From Chiloscyllium plagiosum (taxonomy: Eukaryota), in contig NC_057753.1 in the NCBI RefSeq assembly GCF_004010195.1, positions 8,972,806-9,029,823 on the forward strand: a stretch of 57,018 bases of DNA, written 5' to 3'. The notes under the pieces are model-generated. The model did no database searches and was not told the origin of the DNA. It was given only the letters and a program-made list of their open reading frames with translations. The translations under genes were made by a program, and so were the position numbers. Shown one piece after another: positions 37,307 through 48,477 of the stretch (the stretch's first letter is position 1; each line of letters begins with the position of its first letter).

Positions 37307-37880
37307 GGTCATTGTCATGGCCGCACAGGACATTGGTTAGGCCACTTTTGGAATAGTGTGTGCAATTCTGGGCCCCCTCCTATGGAACAATGTTGTGAAA
37401 CTTGAAAGAGTTCAGGAAAAATTTACAAGGATGTTGGCAGAGCTGGAGGGTTAGAGCTATAGGGAGATGCTGAATAGGCCAGGGATAATTTCTCTGCAGC
37501 ATCGGAGGCTGAGGGGTGACCTTACAGAATTTTATAAGGGGTATGGATAGGGTGAATAGCCAAAATCTTTTCCCCATGGCAGGCGAATCCAAAACTGGAA
37601 GGCATAGGTTTCATGTGAGAGGGGAAAGATTTAAAACAGACCTGAGGGGCAACTTTTTCACACAGAGGGTAGTGCATGTTTGGAATGAGCTGCCAGAGGA
37701 AGTGGTGGAGACTGCTACAATTACAACATTTAAAAGGCATCTGGATGGGTACGTGAATAAGAAGGGTTTAGAGGGATATGGGCCAAATGCTGGCAAATGG
37801 GATTTGATGAGTTTAGGATATCTGGTCAGCATGGATGAGTTGGACTGAGGGCTCAGTTTCTGTGCTGTATGACTCTAATC
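37307..37880 (+). mobile_element. CR1 LINE 3' end
   Basis: RTLVRPLLE; RFKTDLRGNFFTQRVVHVWNELPEEVVE. Confidence 0.85.
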
Positions 37881-39894
37881 ATCTTCCGCGAAAGCAGAAG
37901 TATGATTGTGAAGACTGAACTTTGAGAGCAGCTTTCAAAGATGTTTTGCCTTTACTGGAAGCAAAAGAAGTTACAATGAAATCTTTCAATTGTGAGACAG
38001 CAACTGAGTACGTCTAGGATTTTGGTGGAAAGTGGGAATTCATTGCCCTGTGGGGATGAAGTGGTTTAAGGTTTACCAGCAGTAAGAAAAGTGTGCTGAG
38101 CGGGGAGCTTAGTGAAGGGTGAGGTGGATTTTTGAGTTAAACTGCTCATTTCATTCAGCCTTCAACATTGTATTTCCAATGCTGTGAATCAGTAACTGGT
38201 ATCGTTAGAAGCCTTACGGGTTTCAGTACTGCAGGTATTGCATTGTTTCATCAGCATTGTATTGCTCTTTGGAAGGGTTGGTGTGGACTTGTTGGGCCAA
38301 AGGGCCTGTTTCCACATTGTAAGTAATCTAATCTAATCATTACTGACAGCAGTGAGAGGTGTGGGCTATATTCACTAGAAATGATAAAGCAGTTAGATAA
38401 CACAGATACGAGAGGGCAGAGTGGGACTTGTCTTTTAATTTACAGAAGCTGGGAGGTTCTGGGAGCTGTGATCCAGGACAAAAGTAAGTGCAGTAAATCA
38501 TAGAAGTCCTACAGTGTGGAAGTAGGCTGTTCAGCCCCTCAAGTCCACGTTGGCCCCTCCGAAAAGCTTCCCCTTCACGCCGCCCCCACCCCACCATCAC
38601 CACCACCAACCAATCCAGTAATTTGTGCTGGTGGGTGAGATTAGGACTAGAGGTCATGGCCTCGAGATTAGAGGGAATCGGTTTAAGACACCGATGAGGA
38701 GGAACTGCTTTTCCCGGAAAGTAGTGACTCCATGAAATTCTCTGCCTATGGAACCTGTAGAGACAGCTTCACTAAGAATATTCATGACACAGTTGAGTAG
38801 GTATTTGCATGGTGGGGAATGAAGGGTAGTTGGGAAAATGCAGGTAGGAGGAGCTGAGACGATGGATAGATCAGCTATGATCTTAATGAATAGCACAGCA
38901 GGCTTGACAGGCCAAATGGCCGACTCCTGCTTCAATTACTATGAAACTATAACCCTGCATTTCCCATAGCTAACCTGCACATCCCTGGGCAATTTAGCAT
39001 GGCCAGTCCAAATCAAGGCAGGTGAACAATGTAGTGATGTGAAAATGAACATCAGAGTATGATAGAAAGGGACAAGGAGAGTAAATGTCCCAGCAATCAA
39101 AGTTGGATTCTAAAGATCACAAATATTGAACCTGAAGACTGTATGGCTGAATGTGTGCTGCATCATAACAAAAGTGAATGAATAGACTGCACACATCGAA
39201 CAGAATGATTCTGATCTGAGACTCCTTACAGAGACATGGCTTCAGGGTGCCAAGGATTGGATCCTGAATATTGAAGGGGTACGTGGCATTCTAGTCAAAT
39301 GAGAAACTAGGTAAAGGTAGAGGCACTGCCAATCAAAGCACTGATCACAGGGTAGTCTGGTGTCAGCTCAGATTTCAGGTCCTGAATTCTCTGCCGTCTG
39401 TTGATCTTCCTGTTTCCATAGAGTAAAATGTCAGTCTGTTCTCAGCTCTGCAAGAAGCCGTGACCCCCCCACCTTTTACACCTTCCGGAACAATAAAACA
39501 TTCAGTCAATCAAGGCCCAACTCACAATCTCCCAGCCTGTCAACCATCCAGACAGAGAGAATCATCGTAGCAGGGAATAAAACAAGAAAAATGAAACAAG
39601 ATTGAGAATAAATAGGTGCTTGTACTTAATGTTTGCTCGTTAGTTCGTAAATCAGAAATCGGTGTCTCCCAGGGTTCTTATAGTGTCCTAAATGAGGAAT
39701 TCTCGCTCCCGTACATCTATGCCAGGTGCTGGCAGGTGGGACTAGATTGTGTTGGGATGTCTAGTCGGCATGGACAGGTTGGACCGAAAGGTCTGTTTCC
39801 ATGCTGTACATCTCTATGACTCTAAGTATTACCACCCAGGCATGATTGATAAAAATATTTGCATCAACAGAAATAAAGGATCTGTTATCAAATA

Positions 39895-40470
39895 GACATA
39901 GAAACATACAGCACGGAAATAGACTGCGATCCAACACATCCTTGCAGACAAGATATCCTATTTAAATATAGGTCCATTTGCCAGCATTTGGCCTTTATCC
40001 CTCCAAACCCTTCCGATTCACATACCCATCTGGATGCCTTTTAAATGTAATTGTACTGACCACTTCCTCTGGCAGCTCAGTGCATAAATGCACCACCCTC
40101 TGTGTGAAAACACTTTTAAATCTTTCCCCTCCCACCCTAAACCTATGACCTCTGGTTTTGGACACCCCCACCCTGGGGAAGTATGCTTCCCTATTTATTC
40201 TATTCATGCCCCTCATGATTTTATAAACATTGACAAGGTTATCCCTCGGCCTCTGATGCACCAAGGAAACAGCCTCTCTTTATACCACAAACCCTCCAAC
40301 CTTGGCGACATCCTTATCAATCTATCCTGCATCCTTTCAAGTTTCACAACATCCTTCCTACCCTGTAGCAGGGAGACCAGAATCGAATGCAATACTCCAA
40401 AAGTAGCCTAACCAATGTCCTGTACAGCTGCATCATGACCTCCCAATTCCTAAACCCAATGCATTCAATG
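39895..40470 (-). mobile_element. CR1 LINE 3' fragment
   Basis: VYKIMRG..TRGHRF..FTQRVVHL..LPEEVV. Confidence 0.8.
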
Positions 40471-41654
40471 GACCAAATAGCCTTTTTGTGCACTGCAGGG
40501 GTTTTATGATTTTATTCTGTGACCCAGTCAATTTTAGTCATTATCTCTAGTGCATGGCATGTCAGGGTGGGATTACTGGTACCAGAATTGCATGCAATAC
40601 TACAAAAGTGACCAAACGAATGTTCTGTGAAGTGTACCAAACATCCCCTTTACTATCCTGTCTACCTGTGACTCTACTTTCAAGAACTAAAAGCCTGCCA
40701 TAGAGACATACAGCATGGAAACAGACCTTCAGTCCAACCAGTCCATGCCAACCATAATCCCACATTAAACTAGTCTCTCCTGCCTGCTCTTGGACTGTAT
40801 CCCTCTAAACCTTTCCTATTCATGAACTGAAACAAATGTCTTTTAATTCTACCGGCATNNNNNNNNNNNNNNNNNNNNNNNNNNNNNNNNNNNNNNNNNN
40901 NNNNNNNNNNNNNNNNNNNNNNNNNNNNNNNNNNNNNNNNNNNNNNNNNNNNNNNNNNNNNNNNNNNNNNNNNNNNNNNNNNNNNNNNNNNNNNNNNNNN
41001 NNNNNNNNNNNNNNNNNNNNNNNNNNNNNNNNNNNNNNNNNNNNNNNNNNNNNNNNNNNNNNNNNNNNNNNNNNNNNNNNNNNNNNNNNNNNNNNNNNNN
41101 NNNNNNNNNNNNNNNNNNNNNNNNNNNNNNNNNNNNNNNNNNNNNNNNNNNNNNNNNNNNNNNNNNNNNNNNNNNNNNNNNNNNNNNNNNNNNNNNNNNN
41201 NNNNNNNNNNNNNNNNNNNNNNNNNNNNNNNNNNNNNNNNNNNNNNNNNNNNNNNNNNNNNNNNNNNNNNNNNNNNNNNNNNNNNNNNNNNNNNNNNNNN
41301 NNNNNNNNNNNNNNNNNNNNNNNNNNNNNNNNNNNNNNNNNNNNNNNNNNNNNNNNNNTTTGCTCATTGCTTGCTGCACTTTCTGACAACTGGCAGTGAC
41401 TGGTGTAGAAGGACACTGAGTGCCCTTTGTCTATCCACACATCACTCCTGATGAAGGACTCGTGCCCGAATCGTCGACTCTCCTCCTCCTCAGTTGCTGC
41501 CTGACCGACTGTGGTATTCCAGCGCCACAATATTCAACTCTGATCTCCAGCATCTCACTTTCGCCACATCTCAACACATCACCATTTAAACAATGCACCT
41601 CCTTTCTGCTATTTTTTTTACACTGCAAAGGCTATAACTTCACATTGTGGTACT

Positions 41655-42256
41655 GCATTTTCCATGTGTTTGCAAGTTGACACACAGACCTGGATCAACT
41701 TTTCCAGAGTCTGGCCCCTCCCTCGATTCACTCTTGAACCCCAGAATGAAAGCGTGATGAGAAAAACACTGTTGTCCTCACAAATGTTAGACAGAGGAAG
41801 GAAGTTACAATCTGAGGTGAAGTTTAACCTTATGCAGAGAGAAAAGACCAACAGCACCTTCAGAGCTCATGGTCCAACCTCCGCATTTCCACAATGGCCG
41901 GCTCTGATTGGCAGGAGGACCAGACTCCTTCCGGTTCTCCAAGGTTCTCCACTGCGCATTTTCCATGTGTTTGCAAGTTGACACACAGACCTGGATCAAC
42001 TTTTCCAGAGTCTGGCCGCTCCCTCGGTTCACTCTTGAACCCCAGAATGAAAAAGTGGTGAGAAAAACACTGTTGTACTCACAAATGTTCGACAGAGGAA
42101 GGAAGTTACAATCTGAGGTGAAGTTTAACCTTATGCAGAGAGAAAAGAACAGCAGCAGCTTCAGAGCTCATGGTCCAACCTCCGCATTTCCACAACGGCC
42201 GGCTCTGATTGCCAGGAGTACCAGACTCCTTCCGGTCCTCCAAGGTTCTCCATTGC
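41655..42256. repeat. ~301-bp direct tandem duplication of the promoter-proximal block
   Basis: GCATTTTCCATGTGTTTGCAAGTTGACACACAGACC...CAAGGTTCTCCA occurs twice (from 41655 and from 41956); single copy at 12955-13250. Confidence 0.9.
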
Positions 42257-42395
42257 TCCATGGAAAGGAGTTCGCGCGCCATTTCTGCGGACACCAAAGA
42301 GGATGTGCAATGCTTTGCTGACACTGGCAGTCATGCGCAGTGATAGCTGACACCGCGGAGCATGCTCAGTGTGCAGGAATTTGTTACAAATTTTA

Positions 42396-42608
42396 AAGTT
42401 AAAAATCACAAAGCACCTGGTGATAGTCCAACAGACTTATTTGGAAGCACTAGCTTTCGGAGCCTTGCACTTTCATCAGCTGATTGTGGAGTATAACATC
42501 TTACGATCTTATATTCCACAACCACCTGATGAAGTAGCAGCGCTCCGAAAACTAGTGCTTCCAAACAAGCCTATTGGACTGTAACCTGGTGTTGTGTGAT
42601 TTTAACTT
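42396..42608. mobile_element. PLE-derived inverted-repeat element (paralog of 13393-13628); both hammerheads degenerate
   Basis: Same terminal inverted repeats; CTGATGAAGTAGCAGCGCTCCGAAAACTAGTG. Confidence 0.8.
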
Positions 42609-42978
42609 CGTACACCTTAGTCCAACACGGGCACCTCCCGATCATGACAAATATTAAGGGTCCAAATGCGAATACGAGAGAAAAATGCCGAAGCTATTTT
42701 ATTTTGCCGATTTTTCCTCCCTGTGCCTCGACATTTTATTTCTTTTGCATTTTGTCTAGCTGCTCAACATTTCTGTCTTTTCCCCAGAATAGAGGTATTC
42801 CAAAACTAGAGGGTAAAGTTTTCGGGTGGAGGAAAGATTTTAAAAGATCTAAAAGACTAGGACTAGAACATTCACCCCTTACTGGGCGAAACTGAGGACT
42901 GTAGATGCTGGAGATTAGGGTCGAGAATGTGTAGCTGGAAAAGTACTGCAGGTCAGGCAGCATCCGAGAACCAGGAGA

Positions 42979-43011
42979 ATCGACGTTTCGGGCAAAACCC
43001 TTCATCAGGAA
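42979..43011 (-). ncRNA. Minimal type I hammerhead ribozyme motif
   Basis: Minus strand TTC CTGATGA A GGGT TTT GCCC GAAA CG TC GAT. Confidence 0.7.
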
Positions 43012-44375
43012 ATAGCCATGGGGAACTGCAGGGCTGTAGCGTAATCGTGTGAGTCTAAGTGGGATGCTGTTGGGAAGGTCGGTGTGAATGGCGTGTAGGG
43101 ATAATATGGTTCCACTGCCTTAGCCACGCGTATTTTGAGAAATGTGGGAGGAGTGGGTTCCAGTTCGTGGGACATTGACACCAGTCCTGGAGAAGGTGGC
43201 ATTTGTGCTGTCTCTCTCTTCACATTCTGGCCCCCCTGTCCATTTTCTCCCCANNNNNNNNNNNNNNNNNNNNNNNNNNNNNNNNNNNNNNNNNNNNNNN
43301 NNNNNNNNNNNNNNNNNNNNNNNNNNNNNNNNNNNNNNNNNNNNNNNNNNNNNNNNNNNNNNNNNNNNNNNNNNNNNNNNNNNNNNNNNNNNNNNNNNNN
43401 NNNNNNNNNNNNNNNNNNNNNNNNNNNNNNNNNNNNNNNNNNNNNNNNNNNNNNNNNNNNNNNNNNNNNNNNNNNNNNNNNNNNNNNNNNNNNNNNNNNN
43501 NNNNNNNNNNNNNNNNNNNNNNNNNNNNNNNNNNNNNNNNNNNNNNNNNNNNNNNNNNNNNNNNNNNNNNNNNNNNNNNNNNNNNNNNNNNNNNNNNNNN
43601 NNNNNNNNNNNNNNNNNNNNNNNNNNNNNNNNNNNNNNNNNNNNNNNNNNNNNNNNNNNNNNNNNNNNNNNNNNNNNNNNNNNNNNNNNNNNNNNNNNNN
43701 NNNNNNNNNNNNNNNNCTTAGCTGTGCATGGAGGAAAACTTCATTTCAGTGACAATAACATGGAACAAACTGCCTACAAAGATGCTGGAAATGGAGCTGA
43801 ATCAAGGATATGAAAATGAAATGTTAAGGCTGCTTGAGAAAAGAAAGGCAGTAAAATTGCTGAATGACTTCCTGCTGACCTATTAAATAAAAAATTATGA
43901 CAAAAAAAGGACGTAACTCCATTACTACATTAGAAGGTGAATAATAATTACAACAGAAACTTTTACAACAGCCAACAATATCAGATATACACCATATAGA
44001 ATAAAGAAAGTTTACAGCCCAGGAACAGGCCCTTCAAGCCTGAGGCGATCCAAATGTACTGTCTAAACCTGTCGGTCAATTCCTTAGCATCTGTATCCCT
44101 CTACTCCCCACCCACTCATGCATTTATCCAGACGCATCTTTAATGTATCGACCGTGCCTGCCTCTACAACCTCTGCTGGCAACGCGTTCCAAACGCCCTC
44201 CACCCTCTGTGTGAAGTAAAACGCGTTTTTGCTTTGAATAAGTGCTGCCCTTGCCGCGTTCATTGTAGTGGTAGCTCTGCCCCATCCCTGACTCAGGCAG
44301 TTGGATCTCGTTTAATGAAGCTGCTTTTTGAGAGTATTGACTAACCGTTTTTTCACAAGGCAGTGGAAGAAACAA

Positions 44376-44465
44376 GGGCTCGTCCGGGATTTGTACCCGG
44401 GATCTCTCACAACCCCACGTATCAGAAAACCCGAAGCGAGAATCATACCCCTAGACCAACGAGCC
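44376..44465 (-). tRNA. tRNA-Pro(CGG) with 18-nt intron at 37/38 (44412-44429); best-preserved copy
   Basis: GGCTCGTTGGTCTAGGGGTATGATTCTCGCTTCGGG [TTTTCTGATACGTGGGGT] TGTGAGAGATCCCGGGTACAAATCCCGGACGAGCCC; exons differ from the vertebrate Pro-CGG consensus (recalled) at about 3 positions, including T55>A in the B box. Confidence 0.9.
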
Positions 44466-45244
44466 ACAGGCCGCAGGCGCCCTACATTTTTTGAGCAATG
44501 TGCCAATCCCTTAACTGCTGCTCAGTCCCTTGAGAATCTAACCTTTTAGTTGTGAACATGAGGAAAGGACCAATCCTTTTCTAGGGTGCAACTGTATACG
44601 TGCCAAACTGAGGGAACACACAAGGAAAATAGCTTTAAGAGAGATAGAAAGTATTTGAGCACCTTTGGAGTGTCTGCTCCCTCCCAGGATTCACTCCAGT
44701 TGCTACAAGTGAACAGTGTTTCACCCACCCCGACCTCCCCTTCCCCCTCGCTGCTGGAGGATGGTATATGAAAAGGGGGAGACATTGCTTTGCTCCCAGA
44801 TGTTGCCCAGAGGGAGGGAGTTTCACTCTGAAACTGACAGGGCTGTATCCGCATTGTGATGTCAACAATGGAGGGCGGGCCGGACAGCTGTCCTGCAGTT
44901 GAGGCACGTGTGGAAGGGAGGGCACTTTGCAAATCCCACTCTCCTCCAAGTCAATACAGTTTGAGTTCAAGCAATGCAAGGGGTTTAAATATACTTTAGA
45001 AAACCTCCTTTGTGCCGTGGGAAAACTACTACCGCGGGAAATGCAGTGTTACAGATTCAAAGTAACAGAAGCAGGAGTAGACCATTTGGTCAAGCCTGCT
45101 CCGTCATTCATTAAGATCACAGCTCCAACAACCTGCACAATCCCGACTGCACTTAATTCCCCTACCATGCAAAAACCTATCCAACTGCGTCTTCAATAAA
45201 CTTCATGAAGCTGCTCTCTTGGGCAGAGAATCCCATGGAGACTC

Positions 45245-47400
45245 ACAGAGTGACACAGATGTACAGCACGGAAACAGACCCTTCGGTCCAACTTATCCAT
45301 GCAGCCCAGATATCCTAACCTAATCTAGTCCCATTTGCCAGCATTTGGCTCAAATCCCCATAGAACCTTCCTACCCTCCAACCTCCAACCCTGACAATAT
45401 CCCTGTAAATCATTTCTACACCTTTTCTAGTTTCACAACATCTTTCCGATAGGAAGCAGACCAAAATTACATGCAATATTCCAAACGTGGCCTGACCAAT
45501 GTTCTGCACAGTGGCAACATGAGCTCCCAACATCTATCCTCGATGCTCTGACCAACAAAGGAAAGCACACCAAACGCCTTCTTTACTATGCAATCTGCCT
45601 GCGTCTCTACTTTTAAGGAACTATCAACCTGAACTCCAAGGTCTCTTTGTTCAGCAACACTTCCAATGAACTTACCATTAAGTGTAAAAGTCATGCTCTG
45701 ATTTGATTTTCCAAAATGCAGCACCTCACATTTATCCACATTAACCTCCAACTGCCATTCCTCAGCCCATTGGCCCATCTGATCAAGGTCCCGTTGTGAT
45801 CTGAGGTAACCTTCTTTACTGTCCACTACACCTCCAATTTTGGTGTCATCTACAAACTTGCAAACTATACCTCCTCCGTTTACATGCAAATCATTTAAAT
45901 AATTGACAAAAAGTAGCGGATCCAGCATCAATCCTTGTGACACACCATTGGTCACAGGCCTTCAGTCTAACCCTCCGCCTGCTAGCCAGTTCTGTATCCA
46001 AATGGCTAGTTGTCCCTGCATGCCTTGATTAAATCTTGCTCACCAGTCTCCCATGAGGAACCTTGATGATCGCCTTCCTGAAGTCCATATAGATCACGTC
46101 CATCGCTCTGCCCTCATCAATCCACTTTGTTACTTCTTCAAAAAACCCAATCATGTTCATGAGGCATGATTTCCCAAGCATAAAGCCATGCTGACTATTC
46201 CTAATCAATTCTTGCCTTTCCAAATACATGCAAATCCTGTCTCTTAGGATTCTCTCCAAAAACTTGCCCATCACGGATGTCAGGTTCACTGGTCCATAGT
46301 TCCCTGGCTTTTCCTTACCACCTTTCTTAAATAGTGGCATCACATTAGCCACCCTCTAGCCTTCCGGCACCTCACCTGTGACTTTTGATGATAGAAATAT
46401 CTCAGTAAGAGGCCCAACAATCACTTCCCCAGTTTCCCACAGAGTTCTAGGGTTCTCCTGATCAGGTCCTTGGCATTTATCCACTTTTATGCATATCTCG
46501 ATATCCAGCAATTTCTCATCTGTAAGATGGGCATTTTTTCAACATGTCACCATCTACTTTCTCACATTCTAGATCTTCCATGCCCTTCTCTGCAGTAAAC
46601 ACTGATGCACAATATCCGTTCAGTATCCCGCACCCCCCGCCCCATCTACTGCAGCTCCACACAAAGGCCGCCTTGCTGATCTTTCAGGGGCCCTATTCTC
46701 TCCCTTGTTATCCTTTTGTCCTTAATGTATTTATAAAAACCATTTGGGTTATCCATGACTCTATTTGCCAAAGCTATCTCATGTCCCCTTTTTTGCCCTC
46801 ATGATTTCCCTCTGAAGTATGCTTGTACTGCCTTTATACTCTAAGGATTCACTCGATCTCTCTGCCGATACCTGATATATACCATCCTTCTTTATCTTAA
46901 CCAAAATCTCATTTTCTCTCGTCATCCAGAATTCCCAAACCTACCAGCCTTTCCTTTCACACGAACAGGAATATACTCTACATCAGACAATCTCCTGATG
47001 AAGGAGCGTCGCTCCGAAAGCTAGTGTGCTTCCAAGTAAACCTGTTGGACTATAACCTGGTGTGGTGTGATGTTATAACTTTGTACACCCCAGTCCAACA
47101 CCGGCATCTCCGAATCAGGAATATACTGTGTCTGGACTCTTGTTATCTCATATTTTAAGGCTTCCCATTTTCCAGCAGTCCTTTGACCTGCGAACATCTG
47201 CCCCCAATCAGCTTTTGAAAGATCTTGCCTAATACCTGAGTCTTCCTCCAATTTAGAACTTCAACTTTTAGATTTGATATATTATTTTCAATCACTGTTC
47301 TAAAGTTAATAGAATTATGGTTACTGGCCCTGAGGTTTTGCACCCTCGCCAGTATGTATATCCACATTGTGAATTAGAAAGTTTCCTTGTACACACTTAA
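45245..47400 (-). mobile_element. CR1 LINE ORF2 and 3' end, degenerate
   Basis: 45467-45955 GVSQG..PLLF..LNDL..KFVDDTKIGG..RPRLEYC; 46029-46352 NYGPVNLTS..QHGF..DVIYMDFRKA. Confidence 0.9.
46978..47115 (+). mobile_element. 138-bp PLE terminal-repeat insertion with hammerhead (46992-47026) and 12-bp TSD
   Basis: CAGGAATATACT at 46966-46977 and 47116-47127; CTGATGA A GGAGC GTC GCTCC GAAA GC TA GTG; absent from paralogs at ~1500 and ~22770. Confidence 0.85.
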
Positions 47401-47419
47401 CAAATTCCTCTATTTGGCA

Positions 47420-48245
47420 GATAGGTAAATGGGCAGGAGTTATACCTTGGGTCCACTCTTCCTTCATTCCCACCAAGCCTAATCCCAATCCCACCCCAAT
47501 AGACCAACGGCACTTTCACCTGCAACTGCCGAATGTCTGACACCAGCCCATTTATCTGCTCCCTCCTCTCTATCCAAGGGTCCAAACTTATCTTCCAGGT
47601 GAAGCAGCACTTGACCTGCACTTCCCACAACCCAGTCGACTGCAGTTGCTGCTCATAATGTGGTCTCATCTACATTGGGGAAAACGAAGCATAAACTGGG
47701 TGACTGCTGCACAGAACATCTACGTTCTACCTGCAAAAAAGACCCTGAGCTTCCAGTTGCCTGCCAATTCCACACCCCACCCTGTTCCCTGGCCAACATC
47801 TCTGTCTCAGGTTTGCTGTGTTCCAGCGAAGCTCAGCACCAGCAGAACGAAGAGCACCGAATATTTCACTTGGAGACCTTACATCCCTCTGTTCTCAATA
47901 TCGAATTCAATAATTATCGGGCCTGAAATCCATGGTATCCTCGTCCCTTCCACACACACCAAGCCTTGTTATCACATAGTCTGTCATTACACACTACCTA
48001 TTCTTAGCCACGAACAGTCTCCATTTATCCTCCCACGCAGATCGTTATCAACTCCCTTTCCTGTCCACAGCTCTTCCCTCGATTTGAGCTCTGTCCTGAT
48101 CTATCATGAACTGCATCCGCCTTCCTCCCACAATATCTCCTGCATTTTAACCAACATTTTCCCAATCACCATCAGTTCTGTGGAAGGGTCACCGGCAACT
48201 CCTGTTTTTTGTTTCAGATATGCAGCATCCACAGTTCTTTCACCT
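47420..48245 (+). mobile_element. PLE GIY-YIG and 3' fragment
   Basis: GKTKHKLGDCCTEHLRS...EEHRIFHLETLHPSVLNIEF. Confidence 0.8.
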
Positions 48246-48405
48246 TTTTATTGAGGTCGAGTTGGAAATTACTTCGAGAGACAGAAGGAGTGGGGGCAGA
48301 GACAGAACACCCATGAACTGTTGATCTCCGTTGTTACTCATAACGTAAAATCATTGCAGTGCGATCACTTCCCTTAAGCATGAATAGAGGTTGCCGACTC
48401 TGCGT

Positions 48406-48477
48406 GACATTGTGGCGCAACGGTAGCGCGTCTCACTCCCGATCAGACCGTAACTTGTTCGAATCACGTCAGGCTCA
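48406..48477 (+). tRNA. tRNA-Trp-derived pseudogene, anticodon CCC
   Basis: GACATTGTGGCGCAACGGTAGCGCGTCTCA CTCCCGA TCAGACCGTAACTTGTTCGAATCACGTCAGGCTCA; acceptor, anticodon and T stems mismatched. Confidence 0.8.

Noticed and set aside
40820..43813. Long ORFs of 170-236 aa
   Set aside because: Artefacts of N-runs at 40859-41358 and 43254-43716
48175..48210. Hammerhead at the end of the older PLE fragment
   Set aside because: The core is mutated (CTGTGGA) and the GAAA box is absent here and in the paralog at ~2620
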